From Moniliella sp. 'wahieum' (Eukaryota), in assembly GCA_003971905.1 (NCBI GenBank), contig RSEE01000063.1:186001-250000 (forward strand): 64,000 nt of DNA, given 5' to 3'. The notes beneath the pieces are model-generated. The model worked only from the letters and a program-made list of their open reading frames with translations, had not been told where the DNA came from and did no database searches. Below, one piece after another: positions 25,850 through 38,500 of the stretch. Within the stretch, counting starts at the first letter, position 1. Each line of letters starts with the position of its first letter. Position numbers and translations under genes: made by a program.

Positions 25850-27554
25850 TCACTCGTACCCCGCGTCCTCCTGCATCTCGTAATCCTCCTCCTGCTCCAC
25901 CCCATCCTCCAAATCCTCGCCATCGTCTGCCACGGCGCCCGCATCTCCCTCTGGAACGGTGCTCGTTGGCATCGTCCGCTCCCGCACCGTCGCCTTGGCC
26001 TTGGAGATCCGCGCCACGCGCGCCTTCCACCCCGCCTCGAGCCAGGAGCAAAGTGGGGGCACTCTTCTGCAGATGTGCTACCACCCTTGGAGCAAAACTC
26101 GCCAGCAGAGGAGCAGGGAATTTGGCTAATGGCCAACCCGGTCGAGTTGGGTTGGGCCAGGGAGGCCTTCACCTCCGTCCTAGCTCATCCACCACATCCT
26201 CCTCCAACCCAAGGCCAAGGGTATAAGCCAGTGCATACCCAGTCCCCTCCTGCACGGCCGTCGAAGATGCCGACCCTTTCCAGTGGCGCAACGTACGGTA
26301 AACATACAAGTCCGACCCGGGAGGGGCTTCGCCTTCGACCTCCTCCTCCGATTCATCCGAAACCGAGCGCGCTCTTCGCTTTGAGCCGGCCGTTTTCGAC
26401 TTGGAAGAGGACCGAGACCGGGACCGGGCGCGGGAACGGGACTGAGAACGCGCGGTTGCTGTCCGGATCGGATTCGGACAAGGAGCTGGATCGGACCCCG
26501 ACTCGTCCGAATCTTTCGGTTTGGAGCGCGAGCGGGAAGACCGATGCCGTTTGGAGCGTGACGTACTCCTACTGCGGCTCCTACTCTTGTGGGACTTGGT
26601 AGGGAGCGTTTGCGCTTCCTTCCCTTGGTCTCGGAGCTGGAACTGGACGCGGAGGCAGTTTCGGATTCAGAGTCCGAATCCGACTCGGATTCGGATTCGG
26701 ACCCAGACCCAGACCCAGAGTCTGATCCAGATTCATACTCGCTCTCGTTCTTCGATCCGGAACGTGTAGGTCGACCAAACATAGAAGGGAAGCGCTCCAC
26801 CTTGCCATCATACACAAGTGTGTTGAGGATTTGGGTAATATGTTCGACCCCAATTTGGGTATTGACCACACGAGACTGCTTGATGTGTTGGTGAATTTCT
26901 TCTGCTGTCGGGAGCTTTTTCTCCATCCACCCGGTGGGGAACAGCTGGCCATCGGACGAAGGAGGAGGGAAGGTGCGCGAAGCAATGAACCCTTCGCATA
27001 ACTTGGACAACGTAGTGATGAACTCAACATCCAGTTCCGTGTCTGAATACCACGGCCCCCCCGACAACTCAGCAGAAGGCTGGAGAGACGCCAGCATGTA
27101 AATCTTTCTTGTGGGGAACTTGACCGACTTGACAATCTTGACGTATCGCTGGTTCTCCAAGTTTTTCAGCACCTTGGTTACGATGGTGGTATGCAGACCG
27201 GTGCGGTCCTTAACGTGGCGGGACCAGATCCCTTCGTTTCCAGCCTCGCGAATGACCGAGAAAACCATCCTCTCGTCGGCCGAGAGAGATCCTACGAGCA
27301 ACGCCTCGTTCTTGTCGACCACCGTCCAACGTACACCGGTTTGCAGCCGTTCGGCCGTGAGAAGGTGTTTGCGGGATAGCTTGTTGATCAGTTGCACCCG
27401 CTCCTCGCCCTTGAGCGAGCCAAACACGCTGGCCAGCTCGGTGGAGGTGACGGCACCGCCGGGGCGGGCAGCAATGGTATCGTACACCTCCCGCTCCTTG
27501 TCACTAAGACCATCGTCGGGGACAGCGGCGGGGCCGAGCGGGGGGGCGGGACAT
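25850..27554 (-). CDS. RPC34: RNA polymerase III subunit C34 (RPC6/POLR3F)
   Basis: IREAGNEGIWSRHVK, LKNLENQRYVKIVKSVKFPTRKIYML, PSAELSGGPWYSDTELDVEF and ILNTLVYDGKVE. C-terminal Cys segment IPCSS...EFCSKGG...EECPHF, reached through frameshifts. Confidence 0.92.
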
Positions 27555-28306
27555 GGTGGGTGGCGGGTGGCCTCTCTGCCGTGCGAGCCCAGCCAAAAAA
27601 ATAATATGGGAGCCGGCGTTGGGCTGGGGCCGGGCAGGGCGGAAGCGGAACAGAAGGGCGCCCCGGAGGGTGATGAATGCGTGATGTGCGTCGGATGCTG
27701 ACCTGGGCACTGCGTTACGCGCTACGCGTTGCGACTTGTTGGACGAGAGAAACCTCGAGGCTGAGCGAGTGTACTTTGGGCTGAACAAGCACGTCCACCG
27801 TATCTACCGTGGTCGCGTAGGGAATGGCGTGGGTGAAAGAAAGCACCATCAGGTGGTTCTGGGGGGACTTGGAGTAGACTTTTGTGGGGTGGCTGTGTTT
27901 GGCAAGATTAATCGCTTGCCGAGAATGGGGCCCATCAGCACGACGGAAGCCCAATTTAGGGGGGACGGCGGGTCGTTTTCTGACGGATCGCAGGTTGCTG
28001 CTCAGCAACTCGGATGTGTTTATTCGGCCCATCGTGTCTGCCAATGGCGAGGTGCCGCTATGCCAAAGCTGTCGTGTGCAGTGCAGAGAGCCAGACCAAT
28101 AACACTGGGGGTACTGAAGAGGGACCATGACATAATGCGGCGGTTGAAATGTTGATGGCTGGGTTAAGTGGCATCTGAATTTGATTGCATCGGTTATCTC
28201 GAGCTGTGCTCGCCAGCCACCGCCGCATCCACTCGTCCGCCTCGCCTGCCCGCCCATCGCCCGCCCATCGCCCACCCCATCCCTCCAACGAGCGTCCGAG
28301 GCGACT

Positions 28307-29443
28307 ATGCTCGCCCCCACCACCGCCTTTCTCTGGCGCATCGCCGCCGCCTCCGTCGTCAGCGCCAGCATCAGCCTCACCACCGCCAGCCCCTCCAGCG
28401 TGCGCACCCAGACCGCCTCCTCGGCCGACCCCACCCCCTTCTCCTGCAGTGCCTTCAGCTCCCATGGCCGCGTCTACTCGCTCCGTCTGGACGATGCCAC
28501 AGGCGGATGGCCCGTGCACGTTACCCACACCCTTGCCACCCCACCTACTACGACCGAGTACCGTCTTGCGATGGACCTCTGTGCCCCGCTCGCGTACGAC
28601 GATCGTCGGCCCGCAGCCGACCAGTGCCCCACCAACTCCCTCGCCTGGACCATCGTCAATTTGCGCGAGGGGGATGACGATCGGGTGCTGCAGCTCATCC
28701 CTCTTGCCACCACCGAGGCATCCGAGCCTGAGACGCCACTTCCGCTGCACTGGTCTGCCACACGCTCGAGTCCAATGACGACGCCGAGGTCCCTTCCTCA
28801 GATACAGGGCACACCCTTCGACTCACTATCCAAGGTGCTGCATATGCACATGTGCATCAAACTTATGCTTGACTTGGAGTGCGATCATGACGCGCCGACC
28901 CATGCTGCGCCCCGCTGGACCGCCTATGACCCATTACGTGGCGAGGTACGATTGCATTGGCGGTCTCGTCGGGCTTGTCCCCTTCGTCGTGGGACCGACG
29001 AGGAGGAGGAACATCCCACTCCTGGGCAGGACGAGGAGGACCCCGACGAGAACCAGCCAGCCGAACCTGCTCCACCCTCTCCGCGCCACTGGGGGTTCCT
29101 TTCCATTTTCTTCCTTGTGTGCGTCTCCTTCCCCCCTCTACGATGCGGAGGAATTAACCAGTATCGTGATGCAGGATCGGATTGGGCCTGGTGCTCTACT
29201 TTGCCGCGGGCATGTGGTACAACCTGCGCACCTATGGCAGCGCCGAGATCCCCATCGCGACTTTTGGCGCGAGGCGCCTTACCTGTCCCGGGATCTCCTC
29301 AAACAAGCCGCCGGTGCACTCGGGCGGGCGCAGGTGCGCTGGGACAGAACCTCGGTGTCGATGCTCGCTTTTGGGGCCCCAAGCGGTGGAGCTCAGCCAC
29401 GGCCCGGCCAAGGCCTGCCCAAGATGGATACGAAGCCGTCTGA
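28307..29443 (+). CDS. ATG27: Autophagy-related protein 27 (MRH-domain type I membrane protein)
   Basis: Signal peptide, TPPT...DLCAPL...DQCP, LDLECD, LHWRSRRAC. TM GFLSIFFL | intron ~29118-29173 | YFAAGMWYN, and cytosolic PHRDFWREAPYL. Confidence 0.8.
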   Translation: MLAPTTAFLWRIAAASVVSASISLTTASPSSVRTQTASSADPTPFSCSAFSSHGRVYSLRLDDATGGWPVHVTHTLATPPTTTEYRLAMDLCAPLAYDDRRPAADQCPTNSLAWTIVNLREGDDDRVLQLIPLATTEASEPETPLPLHWSATRSSPMTTPRSLPQIQGTPFDSLSKVLHMHMCIKLMLDLECDHDAPTHAAPRWTAYDPLRGEVRLHWRSRRACPLRRGTDEEEEHPTPGQDEEDPDENQPAEPAPPSPRHWGFLSIFFLVCVSFPPLRCGGINQYRDAGSDWAWCSTLPRACGTTCAPMAAPRSPSRLLARGALPVPGSPQTSRRCTRAGAGALGQNLGVDARFWGPKRWSSATARPRPAQDGYEAV

Positions 29444-29824
29444 GTCTTGCACCCAGCGATTCCCGTCTTATTGCCCAATGCCCTCGCTTCAACTCACAAG
29501 TACTCAGGCGCAATGCTCGTGTGCAGTAGCATGTCCATTTTCTTGTTCATATGACAGGCCTCCTTGGGCTCCATTTTACAGTGCAGTGCTAGTCCCCGCG
29601 TGAAACGCCCGCTGCGAGCAAGTAGTTAGTTGGCTGCGTAAGGAAATTTGATAACGAAATGAAACAAGCCTATCCCGGTTGCCCAGTGGACCCAAGTGTT
29701 CCTGGCTGGAAGCGTGGCAGCGACAGTAGGGAGCGGATAAGCGCTCAAGCCGAGCCCGCCGGTTTCGCCATTCGATCCGACCTCCCTCCCCCACCAACTT
29801 AACGTCCGCAGCGCAACGGGCACC

Positions 29825-31746
29825 ATGCTCCCCAAGTCCATCCTTCGCATGCCGCTTTCCGCTCATACGCGCGGGATGGCTACCTCGGCCGCTCGGCACA
29901 ACGGCCTCCTTGCCCGGATCCCCTCTACCATCCATCCTTGGGTCCAGGGCGCCCCCCTTCCGGCCAGCGGCCACGACTGGCTCGCGATCCAGAACCCTGC
30001 GACACAGCAAGAGCTTACGCGTCTCGCTCACCCTACGACGGCGCAACTCGACGCGGCGCTCGATTCGGCTCACACGGCGTTCCTCGCGTCGCGTCAAGGT
30101 GGCCTTGGAGGATGGGGCACGCCGCATGTGCGGGCCGGAGCGTTGCGCAAGCTCGCCTCGTTGCTGCGTGTGCACACCCCGCGCTTAGCTAGTATCGAGG
30201 TGAGTCAAACGGGACGGTGTGCGCGCGAGCTGGGTGCCCAGCTGGGTAGGCTGGACGAATGGTGCGAGTACTTTGCCTCGCTACTTTCGGTCGAAGCCCC
30301 CAGTCTCCGTCCGGTGCGGGGCAAACAGATGAACGTTGTCGAACGTCTTCCGCTTGGGGTCGTGCTTCAGGTGACGCCGTACAACCACCCCCTTCTCATT
30401 GCGCTCAAGAAGATCGCACCGGCGTTAGCGTGAGTGCCAGTCATTGCTTACGTGCAAGGGTGAATGAACTGACCATCATCCAGCGGGCAATGCGGTTCTG
30501 GTCAAGGCATCCGAAGTGGCACCCCTCACTGTCTTGGCCTTGGGGGAGCTGGCTAAGGAAGCCGGTGTGCCGGATGGAATGCTCAACATTCTTCCTGGCC
30601 GAGGCGAGGAAATTTGCAGCCACTTGCTCAATGACCCGGGCCAAAGGGTGCGTAAAGTGGACCTAACGGGCGGGACGAAAGCAGGTTATGCGCTTGGTGC
30701 GATGACAGGCAAAAATCTGATCCCCTTTACTGCCGAGCTGGGCGGGAAGGCACCTGTTGTGGTGGCTGAGGATGCAGCACTTGAACCCGCGGTCAATGGA
30801 ACCGCGTTTGCGGCCTACGTGGCATCGGGCCAAACCTGCGTAACGGCATCGAGGGCGATTGTGCACGAAAAGGTGTATGGGTCATTTGTTGAGAAATTGG
30901 TGGAGAAGGCAAAGAAGATCACTGAGCAAATTGGGGACCGTATGTCGTGAACCGCTTGTGAAAAGTGAAGAGGAGGAACTGACTGGGCTACTTACATTTT
31001 AGCTTCTGACCCTGCCACGGGGCTGGGTAGTCTCATCTCCCAGACTCACCGCAACAAGGTACAAGGCTTTGTTGACCGTGCCGTCGAGGCGGGGGCTTGG
31101 AAGGTGATCACGGGAGGAGCGCCCTTGATTGGCCAGGCTACTGAGCGGGCCCGGGCGACGCAGTTTGACTTGACGTTGGGTGCGTTTTATCCCCCCACGG
31201 TCCTTGTACCCCGGGATGGTGTTTCGCCCGAGACGTACACCTCGACGGAAATTTGGAACGAAGAGGTATTTGGACCAGTGCTTCTTGTCGTCCCGGCCAA
31301 AGACGATTCCGATGCCTTGCATTTGGCCAATCAGTCCAAGTACGCTTTGGGAGGCAGTGTGTGGACCGAGAGCGTGCGTACTTTTCCCTAGTCTTGTGCG
31401 CCAATTAACCTGACCTTTCTTTGGATAGCTTTCGCGTTCCCACACGTTGATGGATGGACTGAACGCAGGGGTGGTCTGGTGCAACGTTCACCATCGCAAC
31501 GACCCCTCTTCTCCCTGGGGAGGCATCGTTGCCCAGCCGTCGGCTAGAAGCATGTCGTCCGGGAGTGGGATGGGTAGTGAGAATGGGCCGGAGGCGCTGC
31601 ATGAGTACACTGTCTGCCGCAGTCGTACTGTTTCGCTTGCCTCGGCAGAAGAGCGTTTGGCAACGGACGATTGGTTCGCCGAGCGGCAAACGCCGGGGCA
31701 CGCTACGGCTAATCCGTATATCGCAAGAGGGGGAAAATGGTATTGA
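29825..31746 (+). CDS. Aldehyde dehydrogenase, probably mitochondrial
   Basis: TPYNHP, catalytic ELGGK, SGQTCV and EEVFGPV motifs. Three introns (~30430-30483, 30940-31002, 31374-31428). Arg-rich, acid-free N-terminus. Confidence 0.93.
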
Positions 31747-31817
31747 TAAAAAGTGAACTACGAGCGGGTAAGGTCGTCAGGAAGGATACAGGAAATAAGG
31801 GGGGGGACAAGATAGGT

Positions 31818-33205
31818 TTACTTGTCGACATCGAGCACGATGCGGCCGGCCAGCTTTCCCTCGTGCATGGCCTTGTACACTTCATTGAGTTCCGTGAGGC
31901 CCTTGGTGTGGTAAATCACCTTGACTTTGCCCTGAGCCGCAAGCTTCAACGCATCGATCGCGTCTTGCCGGTTGCCCACGATCGAGCCGACAATCCGTTT
32001 GGCGGTGACGGTGGTGTCAAAGATATCAGCTTGGATAGCTGCGCCGGGGGCATGCCGACGGAAACGAGGGTACCACGGGGCCGGATGTACGACAAGGCTT
32101 GGGTATAGGCTCCCGGTGACCGCCGCGACGACAGCTGCGTGCGCTCCCAACCCCCCCGTGATGGCCTTGACGTCGGCAACAATATCCTTGGATTCCTTAA
32201 AGTCGATCCAGGCATCTGCCCCAAGCTCCTTGCACAGCGCCTTCTTCTCGGCCCCGGTGTCAATTGCAATCACGCGGTACCCAAACGCAGCGGCGTATTG
32301 CACGCCAAGTGTCCAAGTCCGCCTCCGGCACCAGGCATGACGACCCAGTCGCCTGGCTGCAAATGCCTCGAGCAACGCACGGTAGATCGTCACACCGGCA
32401 CAAAGGATGGGCGCCGCATCCTGCAGCGGCAACGCGTCAGGGATGGGTGTCACATAGTTGGCTGGGGCAACAACGTATTGCTGGAAGGTACCATCAACGT
32501 GGTAGCCCGAGTTTTGGATGTGGGTGCACGTCGACTCGTGACCCACGCGGCAATATTCGCAGTTCAAGCAGCACTGGCCACCCACTTAATCCCACCCGGT
32601 CCCCCAGTTGCACATGTGCATCAGCCCCTTCGGCCATCTTGACCACCACTCCAGCTCCTTCGTGGCCACCCACCAAGGGCTCTCCCGTCGTCTCCACTTT
32701 GGTGGGCATAGGCCAGTCGCCTAGCATGGCATGCAAATCACTGGCCTCAACAGTCAGTTTAGGTTCGCACATCGCAGAGGAGGACGTACGTGTGGCAGAC
32801 ACCAGTGTAGGTGATGCGGACCAAGACTTCGCCGACCTTGAGCTGGACTTTGGACGGGTCATAAGTCACTATCCGGCAGGGGCCGCCCTTCTTGTCAAAG
32901 ACGGCCTTGACTGCAGAGGTGGGGATGGTAAGGTCTTTTTCCCGGGGATCGTTCAGGTTTGCCTAGTAACGAAGGAGGCTTGGTGAGAAAGGGTAGGGTA
33001 GGCAGCAGGGGCAGGGCGGGAAACGCCATGAGCCAAGGAGGGTGCAGCGCAGTGAGAGCAGAAGCGCTTGGTCGGGTCGAGCCCCAGCACGCTTCTGTTC
33101 GTCATGGCCATAACCACGCTGGGACGGAACGCGGCCCAGGAGGAAGTGGCGAGACGTAGCTGCTGCGGTAGGGCGCGCGCCCGTACGAGCCAAGTGCAAA
33201 GCCAT
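31818..33205 (-). CDS. Zn-dependent medium-chain alcohol dehydrogenase (yeast ADH-like), probably mitochondrial
   Basis: GVCHT|DLHA across an intron, [10 protein letters not shown], structural-Zn CLNCEYC...[20 protein letters not shown] and GRIVLD. The start exon [12 protein letters not shown] is inferred. Several frameshifts. Confidence 0.92.
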
Positions 33206-34683
33206 GGTGGTGGTGAGATGGAAAACGGGCAGAGCAGACAAGGGGGCGGCTCAGGTGATGCACCTCCAACCCGCGTTCAGTTTTTATATTCACCGATCGC
33301 ACGGGGACCAAAATCACCAGCGCGGGGGGCCGAGCGGATATAAGCTTCACCCCTCGTTCTTCGGTCCGCCCGTCGCCTTGCTGCCATAGCGCGTGTGGTA
33401 TGTCCCGTAACGCGTAACGCGTAAACGTCAAACGTTACCCGCAGCCGGCACGATGAGTCGGAGGGCACGTCGCTGCCTCAGCAGGACACTCCCCACCTTG
33501 GGACCTCTTGCCGAGGCGGAAACCAGCCCTCTGCCGCTTGAAGCTTCATCGAAGTTGCTGCAAACGGGGTGATACTAACGTCTAACGGCGATGATGAATA
33601 TGATCGATGACTCGAGCGGGTGGTGGTGGGCGAAGATGGGGCATGTCGATGAGATGCCGAGGACGGATGATGAATAGGATCCATGATGCATGATAATCGA
33701 TAACGGCGAGTGACTTGGTGATGCTCCGTGTGTGACAGCGGTATCGATCGTCGACTATCGATGGATCTGATGCATTGCTGCGTTAATGGGGACGGTGGCG
33801 ATGGGCAGAGCGGGAAGCTGAGAAGTTGGTAGGGATGGGCTGAGAAGCGCGGGGAGTGGGACGGAGCTGCTGAGGTTATGATGTCGGTTCCGCTCCGTTT
33901 AAACCCCTCAAACATTCGATTTTGCTTCCGGCGGCAGCAGGCACTCGGCACGTCCTAGAATACCCGGCGGCACAAGTAAGGACCACGGCAGTGAGCGCGA
34001 CTCGCTATAGTCACAAGTACTGGAAAATACCCCAAGGAAACCTGCGCTGGCCAACCGGCCGCCCAGAACGGGGATACGTCTTCCTTGTGATCCGTTCTGC
34101 CTGCGATGGATTGTCCGGGCCTGGTGGCGCTGGGGCGGTATGCACCTCTCCTGGTCCCACATTTGACACGTGTGGGTGACGGAAATAACATATGCGTCGA
34201 CTTTTTGAACGTGCCGATGAGAGCCGCCGACCCGCCGGGGCTGCCGAGGCCTCTGGAATCTCCAGGATCTACCGCAGTACTCAACGTACTCAAAAACACT
34301 CAACTATACACTTAGTACTGCTCCGCACCAGTACCGATTTCCGGCACATAACTAGTTAGTCTTCTGTGTGTGTTATATCCGGCAGATAATATATCGGCAG
34401 AGGGTTTTTGAAGCTTGAAGCTACGCTGGCACAATATAACCCGCCCAACACATTTTAGCTGAAGAGCTACAGGCTCGGTTACCTTCTGAAAATATGCCGG
34501 CTTACCGTTGCCCCCTGTAGCGACGTCCTGGTCCATCCGGCTATGGAGACCGCAGTGGATGCTGAAGTTTTAAGACAGTAGCGTAAGCAATCGATTGCGG
34601 GCGAGAGATGGGTGTTGGTGGGAGGAACTGTAGGACGAGGGCTACAGGAGAAGGTCACTAGTCATTGGCTTGCGCGGCTAGGC

Positions 34684-34712
34684 GTTACGCGTTACGCGTT
34701 ACGCGTTACGCG
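34684..34712. repeat. (TTACGCG)4 heptamer array; the complementary form (TAACGCG)n occurs at ~33408-33437
   Basis: Read directly: gttacgcgttacgcgttacgcgttacgcgc. Confidence 0.95.
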
Positions 34713-34924
34713 CGCTTCAGCAGTCTTCGGAGCCCGCGGAGCCTCGGGGAACTAGTGACACTAGTGAGGCCGGAAGTGCACCGCGATTGGCGAAACCAGT
34801 CACCATCGCAACACCCCTCTAGCTCGGGGCTGTTGAACAGCGTGGAAAATGCGGTGAACACCATCGGTTTGGGGTCGAGCTCTGTCCACAGTCCAGTACA
34901 TTTCCTTCTCGAGCTTCGTGGGAC

Positions 34925-35510
34925 CATGGTACTCCGCCCCCTCCCTCTCATCCACAAGGAACAGATACCGCAGATGGGGGGACTGTTGATTCCTTGTGGG
35001 CATGTGCGCGAGCAGTTGACAATTGATACAGTAAGGCTTATCGTTGTCACCGCCATCTTGACATTGGTCGAAACGGATGGGTTCGAACGAGGTTATCAGT
35101 CATCGCTATCTCGATCATGACCACTGCAAGACGGGATGCTGGAAGTGTTGGTGACCAGGCTCCCTGTCGAACTAACGGTGAAGAAAGATGTAATGATGAA
35201 TCCCAAAGGCATGCTTATAGAATACATTTTTTGTCTGGCCCCGCGACGGTGGGACGTATCCCACTGGCAGGGGGGAGTGGGGTGCATCAAAGCGAAGACG
35301 AGGGGGTGGAAGGAAAGAAAGATGGCTGACAGATCAAGATGCTTGTGGTTGGATAGTGACGCGGGAGGTGTCCAACGTCAACGGCCGCAGGGCCAACTTG
35401 TGCGCCCGCGAGCCCGACGTACGAAGGCTAGTGCTAGGTGGGGATGGGGTCTCGTGCCACTTGTCCTGGCTATCGGTACTTTCTTGGCCACCTTTTTCTT
35501 TCGGGGGTGA
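34925..35510 (+). CDS. Possible small tail-anchored membrane protein
   Basis: ORF ends WGWGLVPLVLAIGTFLATFFFRG*. Intron-like signals at ~35013-35030 and ~35325-35338. Start and frame unresolved. Confidence 0.3.
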
Positions 35511-35520
35511 CGCCAGACCA

Positions 35521-38500
35521 TCAACCGAGATGGAGGTAGATGCACTGTTTTCCCTTGAGGACGAGTGGTCGCGGTGGGGTGGAAGAAGTCGAGCCGGGCA
35601 ACTTGAGTCCACTCACGTCCGATTTGGTGGTGTGCATCTCGCTGTACGCCTCGCTCAAGGCTTGTTGCAACGCACGAATCTGGGACTGTGCCTGCCGCTT
35701 CTCCGCTTCCAAGGAAACGACGGCTTTGTCCAAATCGCGTACCCGTAACGACAGTTGCCGCCCATCCAACCCCAATGTCATGGTGCGCAGCGTCGAGGGT
35801 TTGCTCCGATGGCCCAGGGGGGGCTGGGAGCGCGTACTGGCCTGCGACGAGGGCCGCGACACACTAGGCGCTCGACGTCCACTGAGTCCTAGTGGCAAGA
35901 GGGGACAGGCGGGACCTCGGTTTCCGAGGAAGACTCAAAGGTCCGTGCAATGGGTGGAACCGGTTGCAGCTTAAACGATTTCCGTCCGCCCGACCGATGT
36001 CGGTCCGCCCGTTTTGCCGTCCTGGACGGGGAGAAGGAAGAAGAAGAGGAGAAGGCTGGGGAGGGAGGAGGGAGGCGCGGGGTCTGGGTCGGAGTTTGAG
36101 CTTGAGTCCGCACGCTGAGGGAGGGAGCTGAAGTGGAAGAAAGCACAGGAGAAGGAATTTCCAGCCCATGGTCCCGAAGTTCCTCCTCCAACAGGGTCCC
36201 GGGGGCGCTGTTCATTGGAATTCTGCAAGAAGAGGAAACAAGGTTAGCAAGAACCAGAGGGGGAGGTGGTCGCGGAGGGGAGAGGGCGTACCTGAGTTCG
36301 CTGTGGGCAGGAGTGCTCACGATGGATACGGCCTCAATTGACTTATCCAGCAATCCCCGCATACTCGTGAGGAACCGTTCCAGCCGAGCCTTCTCCTTGT
36401 GGGCGGATAAGACCTGTGCCCTAAGAGAGTGGATCAACCCCCGCATCTCCTTCACCTCCACCACGATCCGAGCCCAGTCGGAGTGCAAGCTGCTCGCGTC
36501 TCCTTGCCTGAACCCGAGGAGGGGGTCGAAATGGTCACCCCAGGACTGCGAGAGCGAAGAACAGAGAAGGACCATGTCCCAGCCAGCTGGTTTGGGATCA
36601 GAAGAGGTCTCGTCCGCGCTGGCATTGGGAGTCACGTTTTGCGTCGAGACTGACCTGAGGACCGGGGGGGGAAGAGCGATAGAAGCTCAGCCATCTCTGT
36701 CGCAGAGGGGGCGGCGCTGGCCCGGAAAGTGGCGGGAGGATTGATCTCCATCCCCACCCCACCCTTCGTCTCCAGCTCCACCCGCATCCCGGCCATCTCC
36801 CGGGCCATGTGCTCCTTCTCCGCACGGACATGTCATACTGCTCCTGCGAGCGGAGAATTGGATGCGCAAGCGAGATTGCTCCTCCCTGAGAGCGGCGTGC
36901 TCCGCCAGAGATATGGGTGTTCTTCCGTGTGGGGGGAAGATAACAGAAACATAGGGTAAGCCTGTGGAGCGAAAGCCCAGCTTCCCCTTGCTTGTCGCCA
37001 TCAGCGGTATCGGCGTCGGCACTGGTGTCGTCCTTCGAGGAATTGGAGGCAGGGACCAAGTCCTGTACCACCCCGGATACGGGAGCGGGCAACTCCAGTT
37101 GGTCAGGGTTCGAGGTGAGGCTTTCAGAAGTGGGCGTCGCCAAAGAACGAGTGTGAGCGTCAGGAGAGGGCATTGCTTCCGCGGGGGTAGACGCGGCAAC
37201 TTGCGATCTCGCCTTGAGCTCCATCAGCTCAGATGTCAGGCGCGCTCGTTCGGCGGACAAGCGCTGGCACTCGGCCCGCAGTACCGTCGTCTCCGCCGTC
37301 AACTCGGATGTGGCATGCTGGGCCTCGAGCGCCGCACGTTCCGCCACGTCCAGTCGTCCCGCCAGACCTGGCAACTCCATGTGGTCAAGCGAGGTCACTG
37401 AGCCAGCCTTACCCGTCCGCAGAGCGGAAACCAACCGCGTCTCCAGCTCGGCAACACGGGTACGTGAAGCTACCAGCTCAGGTTCAAGGGACGAGACGGT
37501 ACGCTGTAGCGTGCGGGTCTTGTTCTCCAACTCCCCAACGTAGTATCTGGATCAACTGACTGGCCTGCTTGGGCTGGCGTGAGAGCGCCTGCGCCTTGCT
37601 CAGTTGCTCCTCCAACAGCGTCACCTGCACCGCCTTCTCCTGGGTCTCTTGCCGTTCCCGATCACCGTCTCGCGCAGCTTCGCTACTGTCTCCTCCAAAG
37701 CAGATCGGTCCACCTCTACCGACTTGAGCATGGCCGCGGCGTCCTGAGCAAGCGTGGTCTGCTTGGCCAGATCCTCCTGGTAGCGTGACACGGTGGTGAG
37801 CAGTTCCTTGAGTTGCTGGGATAAGACCTCCGTCTGGTTCGGCTTGGCCGGGCGGGCGTCGGTCGTGGAAGGGGTGCTCATCTCAGTTGCCGTCCCCTCC
37901 TTCTCCATATCGGTCTCCACGGTCGAAGTGCTGGACCGGTGCACCCGTCCCCCCAAGCGCTCCAACTCATCAAACGCATCACTAATGTGCTCCGAGAGGG
38001 AGGAGATGAGGGAATCAATGTTCTGCCCGGCCGTTTCCCGCTCACGAGGGGCGGTAACGTCCTTGATCTGAAGCAGTAAGTTGTCCATCTCTTCCCGTCC
38101 ATCCACCTTACCCAGCATCTTGGCGCACCGACGATCCTCCTCACGCAACCGTGCCTCGGCCGACTCGAGTCGCGCCTCAAACGCAAAAACAAGTCTTCCC
38201 GCTCTGCCAAGATTCTCCGCTCGGCTGCGACGGCCAATTCGAGCTGGCGCAACTCGCGCTCCGCCTCGTCCGCCCTGCGAACAGCTTGGTCCGCTCGTCG
38301 CGCTGAGACCGTTGCAAGGTATCGGCATGGGTACGGAACGCGCGCAACGCACTATTGTCCTTGTCCATCGTCCGTACCTCCCTCTCCATCGCACCCAACT
38401 TATCTTCCCACTCGCTCCGCGCCGTCTCCCGCTCGGCCAAAGCCAAGGCCAAATCTTCCTTGGCCTCCGCGGCGGTCCGCTGGGCCGCACGTAACGCCGC

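Noticed and set aside
35118..35136. In-frame TGA between ORFs 34665-35120 and 35136-35510, suggesting selenocysteine or readthrough
   Set aside because: There is no selenoprotein motif or visible SECIS. Compensating indel errors or splicing explain it more simply in this assembly.
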